A stretch of DNA of 64,000 nt from an uncultured bacterium (GCA_903945435.1 CAJAVM010000001.1:9071-73070), one strand, 5' to 3'. Counted from the stretch's first letter, positions 51,401 to 60,951 are shown. Made by a program: numbers and translations. The notes: generated from the letters alone by a model not told the origin.

Positions 51401-53425
51401 GTCAGTTGATGCATTCCAGATAGTCATCCCCTTAAGAGTATCGTATGTTCCCGCATAAGAATATCGCTTGCATCCAGCATTTTCAGAATTACATACACCA
51501 TAATCTAGGGTATTTTCTAAATAAGCGATTTTTTTACCAGATACAGCACTAACAAAAGCCTGGCAAGTATTATCTATCGGCGCACAAGTATCACCATCAA
51601 AGCTCCAAGTTCTCTTTTCTTCATTACAATATCCATAAGCTTCACAACCGCCATCATTATTTTCTTTAATACAGGTTTGATTATCGGCACAATAATTATC
51701 AGCCCTCACAATACTAATTTCAGCCGGAATATATGGATTATCGCCAACAGCTAACTGAGCTGGGGTAACATTTTTATTAACAATTTGAGCGCTAAAACCT
51801 TCTTTTTTACAATAATTAACCGGCGCTTTTAAGACCCAATTTGGGTCAACTAATCCAGTACACCAACCTTGATCTTGAGCATCAAATTCAGAACTAAACT
51901 TAGTATATTCATCATAAGGATCGAAACAAGAAACTAAATCAGATATAGTAGATTTTTTAATTATTCCCTTGCCTTGAAAAGCTTTTATTTTTTCAAATAC
52001 CAATTCCCAACTAGCAGGAACTATTCTATAAGTACGTAAAATAGAAATATTTCTATAAGAATAGCTACTTTCGTAAGAACCAGTCTGACTATCTAATGTA
52101 AAACGCCAATCTCCATGTAAAGAACCATCTTTAAGTGCTTCAGCTACAGTTTTCTGCTCTGAAATACCCTGCATGAATTTGCTATCAATTACACAATTGG
52201 TTGGTCCAGGGTTATTTTTATCAGGACACATCGCTAACTCAGAAAGAACATCATAAACTGAACCAGCACCAAAATTTGGCTGAATTAACTTAGTAGTTAT
52301 ATCTTTTAAAAGAGTTTCCCCGCCGCCAGTATTTGGGTCTTGTTCAATACCATTAGAAACGCTAGCTGTACTAGCACTTTTCTGACCAATACTCTGAATT
52401 AATTTATTAAAAGCAGTAACTGATAACTGACTTAAAAATAAATTAGCCGCATCAACAAAAGCATCGCCAGTATATTTACCGAAGTTGCTAGAATATTGAT
52501 CATATGCACCGCTAATTTGCAGTTCAGCTTGATTAGGAAGTGAAATCGGCTTATCATCGATAGTTAACGGATCCAACCAGCCGCCCTTACCTAATAATTT
52601 TGTCTTCGCAACTGTTTCTCCTTCAATTTGCTTAGTCGACATATCAGTGCTTGCGGACCAATATATTCCCAGCTCGCTAGAGGTAGGGTCAAAGACATCA
52701 GCAATTTTATTTAAAAATTGAGGATCTTTAAAATCGGTATACTTTTGAGCGGCATCACCCCAATTTTGAATCATTTTTGTAGCCGTACAAGCTGGAGCTT
52801 GGGGCTGGTTAGATTGAGATAGCCCTAAACCAATTTTTACCTTTGCCTCTAAAGAGGCTGGCTGACAAAAATTAAAAGTTAAACCAGTCCCAGCAGTTGA
52901 GGCTTTAACGTTACAGGCAGCTGCCTTTGTCTCACATTTTGAATCACAATCATAATCGCCATTACAATTATTAAAACAAGTGTCGGCCTCTCTCTCACAT
53001 TGTTCGGGAGAATTACTATTTGTTAAATTATTAGAAAAATTTTCTAAAAAAGAACCAGCCGCCTCATCACCCACTTGAGCCATATAAGCTCCCCAGTCCT
53101 GAGTTACAAAAAGAGGCTTTTGACCTTCGCCGCCAGAACCAACCCAATTAGCGGAATCATAAGCGATTTTATTTAAGGCGGTTCGCAGAGTTTGTTGGAA
53201 AGCCAATGAACCACCCTTCTGCCAAAGCTTTTTTGCAACTTCAGTCACCTTATCCCAAACTAATTTAGGAATATCAGTAACCGCCATCTGAGCTTTTGCT
53301 GGTTTGAGTGGTGCAAATAGGGCAGAAGACATTAAAATAAAAAATAGCAAAAAAATTGCAATCTTTTTGCCTAAAGTCTGACGCTTCTTCTTTTGGGAGA
53401 AAGAAGGCTCCATGTTATTATTCAT
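45431..53425 (-). CDS. Giant secreted Cys-rich surface protein (2664 aa)
   Basis: N-terminal signal/TM ending AKA-Q; repeated C.....GC..Y/F modules; beta-sandwich carbohydrate-binding-like inserts (N.DF...W, YDFE...FDDI); C-terminal PKD-like IEWGDG...H.Y...V.DNW. Confidence 0.85.
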   Translation of the reverse strand: MNNNMEPSFSQKKKRQTLGKKIAIFLLFFILMSSALFAPLKPAKAQMAVTDIPKLVWDKVTEVAKKLWQKGGSLAFQQTLRTALNKIAYDSANWVGSGGEGQKPLFVTQDWGAYMAQVGDEAAGSFLENFSNNLTNSNSPEQCEREADTCFNNCNGDYDCDSKCETKAAACNVKASTAGTGLTFNFCQPASLEAKVKIGLGLSQSNQPQAPACTATKMIQNWGDAAQKYTDFKDPQFLNKIADVFDPTSSELGIYWSASTDMSTKQIEGETVAKTKLLGKGGWLDPLTIDDKPISLPNQAELQISGAYDQYSSNFGKYTGDAFVDAANLFLSQLSVTAFNKLIQSIGQKSASTASVSNGIEQDPNTGGGETLLKDITTKLIQPNFGAGSVYDVLSELAMCPDKNNPGPTNCVIDSKFMQGISEQKTVAEALKDGSLHGDWRFTLDSQTGSYESSYSYRNISILRTYRIVPASWELVFEKIKAFQGKGIIKKSTISDLVSCFDPYDEYTKFSSEFDAQDQGWCTGLVDPNWVLKAPVNYCKKEGFSAQIVNKNVTPAQLAVGDNPYIPAEISIVRADNYCADNQTCIKENNDGGCEAYGYCNEEKRTWSFDGDTCAPIDNTCQAFVSAVSGKKIAYLENTLDYGVCNSENAGCKRYSYAGTYDTLKGMTIWNASTDVYLNKNASECSAKDEGCSEFMRIKPTWGANLIMNSDFINDSIGASSTTNFLNDWPITASKADIVDSSVEPGGNTGKALKIAGTLNVSVNSNSEIINGSLLPNNLELVPGQAYTLSADVFVSSGSGSRLSIGSEVYSNSTTGQWQHISLVRKAGDDFSQPNFSITVYGSSSVTAYVKNIKFEMSNYDTGYSSYGSSKVYQKLLPQYLESACYTNDGSGVGYRLKDNAPAKCSNYARKCSQSEVGCDLFKSANSNFSVPAKVDSMDYCPSECVGYDVYIARETYFNSAQADNIIPKTAEACNAESVGCNEFTNLDDLTAGGENKEYYSALKQCVKPSQATCGGFYTWEGTGTGYQLRLYSLQKDINNAPVSIIDDSASCNETIFNAPVNSPVYNPNCQQFYTSTGEIFYHLNSSVITCSDSCRAYRITEKNYDRRLTKAQCSGTNKSWDNSEGACISCVNGGVWNSTHKACVYQGIPGEGKKCSASETGCREYNGNEGNNIRLAASYDFESASTAWASNCSNGIKLDTISSNKGGHSLYYNSSASSCSEIGSNVQTLATRMPLIKQIMAGDNQAAQLKVSGTVRQGKAYSIKFLASSPAGTDLKIYIYNPDTKEKAEFNSGNPIKVSGGGNWQLYSANLENLNHAISLNETLVITANNDFHLDNFILTEITDRFYLIRSSSKIPPVCYYDNLDNYQGEDYNLGCAAYSDKAGVNHNLHTFSNICDQSSIGCEQVVSTQNYVPYGAGLWGDKDGNKQCDATEPDCVKVSADSALYIVYDAKKSCNQKDLGCSMLGQAKITAGKTFWSDTFKINNPNLYGSTMCDSSGLGCEEWKNSDDGGLSYFRDPGDNICTYRIPQDQRSDQKGWYRAAVKRCDTNSSGKIDGAEKNYAACSSVDDCAGKPCIIDNGDYPCDVSYFKTIGLGGAGNQIPVPTKEAGLCDIKASGCSEYIDPVSQFNPNLSVLGTAVVALQKNKLYLLSATSTSLANVPDASLTLTNDVKPLLINNTLGTSTKIISIGGTIKTAIFNSFNNSTATLSGSAEVRELAIGYQLAGTIDKTSCNGLVNFDNGCVLFNERVIAGASGLVNLTGFFDPYASIAKTSPVKCNSSQTGSCAANKLIKVRPNRVCSGWLDCSTYSKDETGAEICYSMKQCNSLNDRGECNNFVSVTSTNIEKPENATGYSFWNKYNISNMKEVGLNSEAHYDFEELIPSLSCARIARIAGIAGGDCSFTNIAKQLIVREPKDNGPDYPVSGKSYVKVPAAYSVSPQPEGGWINLSAKQDYYINYLLNTKNSGSQAQVIIDVKDSPIDTVFTASSASGWSRQIHKFTAGDTNPQIRIYLRSGSGEGSAEGEAYFDDINIEPVLQVGVDRYAARECRLYPTNSSLSCKNQSKNVIKDGLEGYCLEHDKNNPSVCTVWYPVDRVSSSVLGSQSLGYNGPTGLSYCTGVNANVKFAKKIITNLVFNTQDKDDSYYVTGGNNVKCTTNPNGTDPMYPYSPDCVNVAGAGGIVGQTGTDSSGNPVYLNWDWCGEMASSYALTYCGDSVNYKAIHVNSKISWNNEFIYCVPNERSPFFLFGVGPLTTAAVGLPFAASLDSKPNNCEEVKFYKSAWFQAGNGGKLFVAGPNSECSDDAAGQCKPVDEATNAEPPIRIFDNNHPAVDEQGLQYLAANIGDRDKVFNFTCNNFAQVVSSSGINKAWVVRTGITADPRWAVTTPDFFNLASPSVGLQFYGRQRNGVPFGSATIPETYDILNSGPIFLQNQYYLKDKQTIFSGRPYDCSGTACMNIGYCSDNPNVMCVFMPNNYSVATNGAVTYSTGNNDGEYINRKSCSDGGFGICRPIWANSETLVASNVLSTIFLQSYGSFKYSDGSYIPDSTGNWSKTATVAEPSIPGANVKLKYNGVDTNIGSGMKVDHSGVYSLEFNTIVNPEQQPLRMIYIEWGDGNRQAITGQDHRPYTGNPHVIYHYYDKNYGTPNIKIKVWDNWDNTGSFN

Positions 53426-54059
53426 TTTGTTTATTTAAAACTTCCTGATAGCTTTTAAGAAGATCCTCATCACTTATCTGATCCAACATTTCTTTGCTAG
53501 CGCCACCATCTATAAGTAATTTTCTTAAAGTTACAGCATCAACCTGTCCGGCGAGAGCATTCTTTAATTCCGTTTCATTAGTTCCGCTTGCAATATTTAT
53601 TTCGCCCATACTCGTCACTCCGTCTACTAAATCACTTGGAGTACTTGAATTATTTTTAGTCGCAAAATTTTGTTCTCCGTTACAAGTTTGACCAATTGGA
53701 CAGCTGGGGTCAGTTCCATTTTTTATTTCATCACCATCCCAAACACCATCACTATCCGTATCTTCATTATAAAGTGAAGTCTTATAAATACTTAACTCGT
53801 CATTATCAGAAAGACCGTCCTTATCAGTATCTAAGGTTGAGAAATCAAGTGCTAATTCCGGAGTAGTCGTGGAAACTCCATTAAACTGAAGTGGGTTTGT
53901 AATTCTAGCTCTAAATTGAAGAACGCCAAAAAATATTATCGCAACTCCGACAACAGATAAAGAAATTACCGCAATTTTTTGCGGCTGAGGCATATTTTTA
54001 AAACCGTATTCTGAAGAATTATTATCAAGATTATTATCTAACGGCATAAATGAAATCAA
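53418..54059 (-). CDS. Membrane-anchored protein with Ca-binding DxDxDG (thrombospondin type 3-like) repeats
   Basis: TM helix, then DTDKDGLSD.DE and DTDSDGVWDGDE...GTDP. Confidence 0.82.
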   Translation of the reverse strand: MISFMPLDNNLDNNSSEYGFKNMPQPQKIAVISLSVVGVAIIFFGVLQFRARITNPLQFNGVSTTTPELALDFSTLDTDKDGLSDNDELSIYKTSLYNEDTDSDGVWDGDEIKNGTDPSCPIGQTCNGEQNFATKNNSSTPSDLVDGVTSMGEINIASGTNETELKNALAGQVDAVTLRKLLIDGGASKEMLDQISDEDLLKSYQEVLNKQNE

Positions 54060-54089
54060 ATCGTTTTTATAACGATAAAGTTGATTTTA

Positions 54090-54929
54090 TTATACCATAA
54101 ACGAGTTTAACTCCGCAAATAATTTATGCCAATTATCAAGACTCAAATCTTCAGCTCTAATTTTTAAATCTAAGCCAATTTTCTGTAAAGCCTGAGTGAT
54201 AATTTGTTGGTCAATTTGCAACCCACCCGCTAAATTATTTTTCAGCATTTTGCGTTTAGCACTAAAACCTGATTTCACCATTCTAAAAAAGATTTTATCT
54301 TTTTCCAAGTTATATTTTCCAGGACGTAATTGTATTTTAATAACCGCGCTATCCACTTTCGGTTCTGGCCAAAAATTTCCCGCCGCCACTTTTTTCACAA
54401 TCGAGACATCCGCATAATATTGGATAGAAACAGCAAGCATGCTCATTTCAGAGGGCTGAGCAATAATTCTCTCCGCTACTTCCTTCTGCAACATTAAAAC
54501 CAATAACTCAGGTTTTTTTTCTCCGGTAAGCGCTGTGCGTAAAAAAATTGAAGTAATATTATAAGGAAGATTAGCCACAATTTTATATTTACCTTTAAAC
54601 TCAGAGCCAATATTAAATTTCAAAACATCTTCATTAACAATCTTAACCTTTTCTTCATTGCGTGATTCAAAACCTATTTTGAGATAAGAGGCGAGCTGGT
54701 CATCAAGTTCAACGGCAACTACTCTTTTAGCTTCTTTAGCTAAACGAACAGTAAGAAACCCTAATCCAGGACCCACTTCTAAAACTTCATCTTGGGAACT
54801 AATTTCAGCCGCTTTTACAATATCATTATAGATACGTTCATTAATTAAAAAATTCTGCCCCTTAGAACGGCTCGGTTTTATATCAAAAATTTTACAAATT
54901 TCTCGTGTTTTTGAAACTAAATCTTCCAT
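54090..54929 (-). CDS. rsmA: 16S rRNA m6,2A dimethyltransferase
   Basis: GQNFL, EVGPGLG.LT, ANLPYNI, QKEVA.R, F.P.PKVDS. Confidence 0.97.
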   Translation of the reverse strand: MEDLVSKTREICKIFDIKPSRSKGQNFLINERIYNDIVKAAEISSQDEVLEVGPGLGFLTVRLAKEAKRVVAVELDDQLASYLKIGFESRNEEKVKIVNEDVLKFNIGSEFKGKYKIVANLPYNITSIFLRTALTGEKKPELLVLMLQKEVAERIIAQPSEMSMLAVSIQYYADVSIVKKVAAGNFWPEPKVDSAVIKIQLRPGKYNLEKDKIFFRMVKSGFSAKRKMLKNNLAGGLQIDQQIITQALQKIGLDLKIRAEDLSLDNWHKLFAELNSFMV

Positions 54930-54937
54930 TTAAATTT

Positions 54938-57364
54938 TTAGTTAATAACTATATTTAATAATTTTCCCGGAACGAATATTCGCTTAACAATTTCTTTATT
55001 TTCTAACCATTTTTTTACATTCTCCTGTTGAGTTGCTAACGCAAAAGCCTCTTCTGCAGAAATGTCCGCGGCAACTTCAAGAGTCGCTCTCAATTTTCCA
55101 TTTATTTGAACAATTAAATTAATCGTATCATCTTTAATTAGAGCCTTATCATATTCAGGCCAACTACTTAAGAAAATGCTTTCCTTATTTCCAGATTGCT
55201 CCCAGATTTCTTCAGCTAAATGTGGTGCAAAAGGTGCTAAAATTTGAATAAACTTTAAAAAATCAGTTTTAGATATTGGTAAAGCCGACTCTTTGATTTT
55301 ATATTCACTAATATCATTAGCTAAAATCATCATTGCTGAAACGGCGGTATTTAAACGAAAAGCCTCAATATCTTCAGTAACTTTTTTAATAGTTTTGTTG
55401 AGTAAAGAAATTGATTTCTTATTTGCTTGATAATTATTTACTTCTGCAAATAATAAAATCTTCTCTAAAAATTTACGAGCACCAATCACACCATTTGTAT
55501 TCCAGCTACAAGCCTGTTCAAACGGGCCCATAAACATTTCGTAAACACGCATCGCATCTGCTCCAGATTTATGAACAACATCATCAGGATTAACAACATT
55601 ACTCCAGCGCTTACTCATTTTTCTTCCATCTTCTCCCATAATCAAGCCGACATTTTTTAATTTAGTAAATGGTTCGTCATGGCTAACAACCCCAATATCA
55701 AATAAAAACTTATGCCAAAAACGTGCATAGATAAGATGCCTAGTAGCATGTTCCGCTCCGCCAACATAGAAATCAACCGGCGACCAATATTTTTCTTTTT
55801 CAGTATCAACTAATGCCTTACTATTATTAGGATCTATATATCTCAAATAATACCAACATGAACCAGCCCACTGAGGCATAGTATTAGTTTCTCTTTTTGC
55901 GGCTCCGCCACACTTTGGGCATTTAGTATTAACCCATTCACTAATAGCCGCTAAAGGCGATTCTCCTGTACCAGTTGGCTCATAACTTTCAACATCCGGC
56001 AATTTTAAAGGTAATTCTGTTTCTGGAATAGCAACGACGCCACAATGCTCACAATGAACAAGCGGTATCGGCTCACCCCAATATCTCTGACGAGAAAAGA
56101 CCCAATCTTTCAAACGATAATTAATTTTTCTAGTTCCCAATTGATTATTTTCTAACCAATCAATCATCTTTTTTCTAGCATCGCTTGATAAGAGGCCATC
56201 GTAATCTTCAGAATGAAATAAAGTCCCATCGTCAGTAAATGCAGCCTTACCCTCAAAAGGAATTTTTCCGTCAACAGAAACTACCGACTTAATTCGTAAG
56301 CCGTATTTTTTAGCAAACTCATAATCTCTTTCATCATGAGCAGGAACAGCCATTACGGCTCCAGTTCCATAAGAATTCAAAACATAATCGGCAATAAAAA
56401 CTTCTACTTCCTCATTATTAAAAGGGTTGATCGCCTTAATTCCCTTTAATTTAACTCCAGTTTTCTCTTTGCTCGCGCTAGTTCTCTCCATTTCTGGAAC
56501 ATTTTTTAAAGATTCAATATATTTTTCCGCTTCCGCCCAATTACTAATTTTTTCTTTTAGATTTAAAACAAGTTCATGCTCAGGTGCAACCACTAAATAA
56601 GTACAACCAAAAATAGTATCAATCCTGGTAGTAAAAACGGTTACTATTTCGTTAGTATCAGCAATTTTAAAGATGGCTTCAGTCCCCTCACTTCTACCTA
56701 TCCAGTTTCTTTGCATCTCCTTAATAGAATCATCCCAATCAATTAATTTATCTAAATCATTAAGAAGCCTATCAGCATAATCGGTAATTTTTAAAACCCA
56801 CTGACGCATTGGCTTTTGTTCAATCTCACTTCCACAACGTTCACATTTCCCATCCTCTAAATCTTCGTTAGCTAATCCAGTTTTACAAGACGGACACCAA
56901 TTAATTGGTTCACTAGATTCAAAGGCTAAGCCTTTTTCCCACATCTTTAAAAATATCCATTGAGTCCATTTATAATAATTCGGATCGGTAGTATTTACTT
57001 CCCTTTCCCAATCATAAGAAAAGCCTAAGATTTCCAACTGACTTTTAAAATGAGCAACGCTTTCAGCAACTGAAATTTTAGGATTAACTTTATTTTTAAT
57101 AGCATAGTTTTCTGCTGGTAAACCAAAGGCATCAAAACCCATCGGATGCAACACATTATACCCCTGCATGTTGCGCATACGTGCTAAAATATCGGTTGCA
57201 ATATAACCTTTTGGATGGCCAACATGAAGACCGGCACCTGATGGATAAGGAAACATATCTAAAATATAGTATTTTGGCCTGTCTTTCCCTTCTTTAGTTA
57301 AATAAAGACTAGTTTCTTTCCAATGCGTTTGCCATTTCTTTTCAATTTCTTGATGATTATACAT
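54938..57364 (-). CDS. leuS: Leucine--tRNA ligase
   Basis: MFPYPSG.GLHVGH, SRQRYWG.PIP, GG.EHA, KMSK. Confidence 0.98.
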   Translation of the reverse strand: MYNHQEIEKKWQTHWKETSLYLTKEGKDRPKYYILDMFPYPSGAGLHVGHPKGYIATDILARMRNMQGYNVLHPMGFDAFGLPAENYAIKNKVNPKISVAESVAHFKSQLEILGFSYDWEREVNTTDPNYYKWTQWIFLKMWEKGLAFESSEPINWCPSCKTGLANEDLEDGKCERCGSEIEQKPMRQWVLKITDYADRLLNDLDKLIDWDDSIKEMQRNWIGRSEGTEAIFKIADTNEIVTVFTTRIDTIFGCTYLVVAPEHELVLNLKEKISNWAEAEKYIESLKNVPEMERTSASKEKTGVKLKGIKAINPFNNEEVEVFIADYVLNSYGTGAVMAVPAHDERDYEFAKKYGLRIKSVVSVDGKIPFEGKAAFTDDGTLFHSEDYDGLLSSDARKKMIDWLENNQLGTRKINYRLKDWVFSRQRYWGEPIPLVHCEHCGVVAIPETELPLKLPDVESYEPTGTGESPLAAISEWVNTKCPKCGGAAKRETNTMPQWAGSCWYYLRYIDPNNSKALVDTEKEKYWSPVDFYVGGAEHATRHLIYARFWHKFLFDIGVVSHDEPFTKLKNVGLIMGEDGRKMSKRWSNVVNPDDVVHKSGADAMRVYEMFMGPFEQACSWNTNGVIGARKFLEKILLFAEVNNYQANKKSISLLNKTIKKVTEDIEAFRLNTAVSAMMILANDISEYKIKESALPISKTDFLKFIQILAPFAPHLAEEIWEQSGNKESIFLSSWPEYDKALIKDDTINLIVQINGKLRATLEVAADISAEEAFALATQQENVKKWLENKEIVKRIFVPGKLLNIVIN

Positions 57365-57371
57365 ATAAATA

Positions 57372-58139
57372 TTAACTAATATCCAGACCCACTGGAGCGT
57401 GGTCGGAACCAGTCTGTTTATCTAAAATAAAGGCTTTTTTTAAGTATTTTTTAAGTTTATCGGATACACAGAAATAGTCAATCCGCCATCCGACGTTACG
57501 CTCCCGAGCGCCGCTACGGAAACTCCACCAAGAATATTGGATTTTATCACCATTAAGTTCTCGGAAAGTATCAATAAAACCAGCCGCTAAAAATTTATTC
57601 ATAAAAGCACGCTCTTCAGGAGTAAATCCCGGGCTTCCGACATTTTCCTTAGGTCTTGCTAAATCTATTTCTTGATGAGCAACGTTAAAATCACCGGTTA
57701 TTATAACTGGCTTTTTCTTTTCTAATTTTTTTGAATATTCTAGAAGCTTTTCGTTAAACTCAAGTTTATAATCTAAGCGACTGAGCTCATTATTAGCATT
57801 AGGAAAATAAACATTAAATAAATAAAAATCTTTAGTCTCGGCGATTTGCACACGACCTTCAATATCAAATTTTTCTTCCTCTAAACCATTCTTGACACCG
57901 ATAAAATCGCGCAATCCTTCTTTTACTAAAATAGCCGTTCCGCTATAACCTGGGCGCTTAGCACAATTCCAATATTCTTTATAACCCAAGAAATCAAATT
58001 CAACCAATTCCCTAGCAGAATCAGAAATCTTCACTTCTTGCAAACATAAAATATCAGGCTTTTCCTGTTTTAAAAAAGTAGCAAAACCTTTTTTTGCAAT
58101 CGCTCTTATTCCGTTAACATTCCAAGAGATTAATTTCAT
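57372..58139 (-). CDS. xth: Exodeoxyribonuclease III
   Basis: SWNVNGIRA, LQE.K, GDFNVAH, GWRIDYF, SDHAP. Confidence 0.96.
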   Translation of the reverse strand: MKLISWNVNGIRAIAKKGFATFLKQEKPDILCLQEVKISDSARELVEFDFLGYKEYWNCAKRPGYSGTAILVKEGLRDFIGVKNGLEEEKFDIEGRVQIAETKDFYLFNVYFPNANNELSRLDYKLEFNEKLLEYSKKLEKKKPVIITGDFNVAHQEIDLARPKENVGSPGFTPEERAFMNKFLAAGFIDTFRELNGDKIQYSWWSFRSGARERNVGWRIDYFCVSDKLKKYLKKAFILDKQTGSDHAPVGLDIS

Positions 58140-58199
58140 AAACTATGTTATAATATAAGCATACTGGAAACTGGATATTTTTTCAATTTGAAAAAAACT

Positions 58200-58955
58200 A
58201 TGAGCCTACAAGAAAGAGTTGAATACGCGGCCATGAAGGCACGTCACGAAAACAAATTACGCGCCTGGTATAAAAAATGGTGGGGGGTATTATTAATAAT
58301 ACTGGCGGCCATATTTTTAATTTTTGTAATTGCCTCAGGAATATATGTTGTTCAACAAATTCAAAAAATAAATGACGGCGGTTCAACTCAATATTTAGAA
58401 GAACAACGTCAAGCTTATATAAACGCAATCAACAGATCGGCCAACAATGTTTCCGGCCCACAAAATGCTAGCATAACTATTATCGAATTTTCTGATTTTG
58501 CCTGTCCATACTGTAAACAGTCTTATACTGGATTAAAAGCAATTAGAGAAAAATATTCGGATAAAGTAAGGATCGTTTATCGTGACTATCCTCTTCATGA
58601 TAATTCTATTTTCCTCGCTCTTTCTGCACGCTGTGCTGGGGCACAGGGAAAATTTTGGGATGCGCATGACCTACTTTTTAAAAATCAAGATAAATTTAAT
58701 ATTCCTTTAGCAGAACTAGAAACATTAATGCCAAATTTAGCAGTAGAGTTAGATTTAGATGTTAATCAGTTTAATACTTGCCTTGAAGAGCAAAGTTATT
58801 TCTCTCAAATTAAAAAAGACTACGAAGACGGGGACTATCTTCAAATTCAAGGAACACCAACCTGGTTTATAAATAATAGTCGTCTAACTGGATACATACC
58901 AGCAGAAAAATTACAGGAGATGATTGAGGGGATGCTTAATCTAGAAACAAAATAA
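58200..58955 (+). CDS. Membrane-anchored DsbA/BdbD-like thiol-disulfide oxidoreductase
   Basis: TM helix, EFSDFACPYC, GTPT; ATG at 58200 (TTG at 58188 also possible). Confidence 0.92.
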   Translation: MSLQERVEYAAMKARHENKLRAWYKKWWGVLLIILAAIFLIFVIASGIYVVQQIQKINDGGSTQYLEEQRQAYINAINRSANNVSGPQNASITIIEFSDFACPYCKQSYTGLKAIREKYSDKVRIVYRDYPLHDNSIFLALSARCAGAQGKFWDAHDLLFKNQDKFNIPLAELETLMPNLAVELDLDVNQFNTCLEEQSYFSQIKKDYEDGDYLQIQGTPTWFINNSRLTGYIPAEKLQEMIEGMLNLETK

Positions 58956-58956
58956 T

Positions 58957-59496
58957 ATGGAACAAATAAGAATTCATGGTCGTGGCGGACAAGGCGTAGT
59001 AACGGCCGCGGAATTGATTGCGATTGCCGCTTTCAATGAAGGAAAATATGCTCAAGCTTTTCCAAATTTTGGAGTAGAAAGAACAGGCGCCCCTATTCAA
59101 TCATATGCTAGAATTTCTAGCGAACCAATAATTACCAGGGAGCAAATATATCATCCAACAGTTCTTATTATTCAAGATGCAACTCTTTTAGATACAGAAA
59201 ATATAATTCACGGAACAAATAAAGAAACTGTTTTTATTATTAATGCTCCAAAAAATTATCAACTAAAGATAAAATTGCCTTCTAAGAAAGTATTCTTCTG
59301 TGCAGCTACAGAAATTGCCTTAAAAATATTTGGAAAAAATATTGTAAATACTGTAATTCTTGGAGCCTTTGCTAGACATTCTGGCTTAGTAACTTTAGAA
59401 GCCCTTAAAATAGCCATCAAAGAAAAGTTTCACGATAAAGGAATCAGTATTATTGAAAAAAATATTAAAGCAATTGAGCAAGCTTATAACGACTAA
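58957..59496 (+). CDS. porC: Pyruvate/2-oxoacid:ferredoxin oxidoreductase gamma subunit
   Basis: IRIHGRGGQGVVT, FG.ERTGAP, NTVILGA. Confidence 0.92.
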   Translation: MEQIRIHGRGGQGVVTAAELIAIAAFNEGKYAQAFPNFGVERTGAPIQSYARISSEPIITREQIYHPTVLIIQDATLLDTENIIHGTNKETVFIINAPKNYQLKIKLPSKKVFFCAATEIALKIFGKNIVNTVILGAFARHSGLVTLEALKIAIKEKFHDKGISIIEKNIKAIEQAYND

Positions 59497-59514
59497 GGAT
59501 TAAGGATACTCCAT

Positions 59515-59775
59515 ATGAAAAAAGGACTAATTATAAAACCGAATACGGCACTAGACAATAAAACTGGGGCCTGGAGAACACATCGACCAATTACTAATCA
59601 AGATAAATGTATTGGTTGTTCTCTATGCGCAAAACTTTGTCCAGAGGGCTGTATCGAAATGATCAGTATAAATAATAAACAAAAACCGAGAACTGATTAT
59701 GATTACTGTAAGGGTTGCGGTTTATGTGCAAAAGAATGTCCAGTCAAAGTAATCGCTATGAAAGAAGATTATTAA
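59515..59775 (+). CDS. porD: Oxidoreductase delta subunit (2x[4Fe-4S])
   Basis: TG.WR..RP, CIGCSLC...CP, CKGCGLC..ECP. Confidence 0.92.
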   Translation: MKKGLIIKPNTALDNKTGAWRTHRPITNQDKCIGCSLCAKLCPEGCIEMISINNKQKPRTDYDYCKGCGLCAKECPVKVIAMKEDY

Positions 59776-59782
59776 AAATAAA

Positions 59783-60949
59783 ATGAAAAAAACTAACATA
59801 CAACATCGCGTTAAGGACCACATTCTCGAAGGCTCAAAAGCAATAGCACTCACTATTAACAATATAAATCTTGATGTTGTTTCTGCTTATCCCATCACTC
59901 CTCAAACTCACATAGTGGAAGATTTAGCACAATTTAAAGCCGACGGAAAAGCTGAATATGAGTATATAAGAGCAGAAAGCGAATTTGCAGCTGCCTCAAT
60001 AATATTAGGTGCTTGTGCGACTGGAGCTCGAGTTTATAGCGCAACCAGCTCTCAGGGTTTATTGCTAATGGTTGAAGTTTTATATAATATTTCTGGCATG
60101 CGCTTACCGATAGTAATGACTTGTGCTAATCGTGCCGTTAGCGCACCAATTAATATTTGGAACGATCATTCTGATGCAATGGCGGTTAGAGATAGTGGCT
60201 GGATGCAATTCTTTGCCGAGAATCATCAAGAAGCAGTCTACCAACATTTATTAGCTTATAAAGTTGCAGAGAAAATGAGCTTACCAGCATTAGTTAATGT
60301 AGACGGTTTTATTTTAACTCATTCTTATGAGCCAGTTTCCATCCCTAGCAAAAGTTTAATTAAAAAATATCTTCCTGATTATAAACCAGAAACCGGGACC
60401 TATTTAGACCCCAATAACCCAGTTACCATGGGTGGATTTTTTTCTTCAGATTCATATTTCAAAACTCGAGAAAATATTGTTACGGATTTCAATTTAAGTT
60501 TACAAGAAATTAAAAAAGAATATCGTAAATTAAAAAAAGTTTTTAACTTTAAAGATGATAGTAATGGTTTAGTAGAATATTCTGGTCCCAAAAAACCAAA
60601 AGTGATTTTAGTTACTATGGGCTCACTCGCCGGAACCATAAAAGAAACTATTAAAGATTACCAAGAAGTCGGCTTATTGAAAATTACTACTTTTAGACCA
60701 TTTCCTAGTGAAGAAATTATTAAAGCAGCTGGGATGTGCGAAAATATTTCTATCATTGAAAAAGCTGTTAGCCCGGGAAGTGGCGGGCCATTATACAGCG
60801 AGATAAGAGCGGCGATTTCTCAAACAGGAAAAAGAAATATCAAAAATTATATTGTGGGTTTAGGAGGAAAAGATATTAGCCAAAAAATGATTCAAAAAAT
60901 AATCAAAGATTCAAGAAATAAAGGTAAACAAATAACTTTTATAGGCTAA
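59783..60949 (+). CDS. porA: Oxidoreductase alpha subunit
   Basis: AYPITPQT, ESEF.A, TSSQGL, NRA.SAP.NIW.DH. Confidence 0.94.
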   Translation: MKKTNIQHRVKDHILEGSKAIALTINNINLDVVSAYPITPQTHIVEDLAQFKADGKAEYEYIRAESEFAAASIILGACATGARVYSATSSQGLLLMVEVLYNISGMRLPIVMTCANRAVSAPINIWNDHSDAMAVRDSGWMQFFAENHQEAVYQHLLAYKVAEKMSLPALVNVDGFILTHSYEPVSIPSKSLIKKYLPDYKPETGTYLDPNNPVTMGGFFSSDSYFKTRENIVTDFNLSLQEIKKEYRKLKKVFNFKDDSNGLVEYSGPKKPKVILVTMGSLAGTIKETIKDYQEVGLLKITTFRPFPSEEIIKAAGMCENISIIEKAVSPGSGGPLYSEIRAAISQTGKRNIKNYIVGLGGKDISQKMIQKIIKDSRNKGKQITFIG

Positions 60950-60951
60950 AT

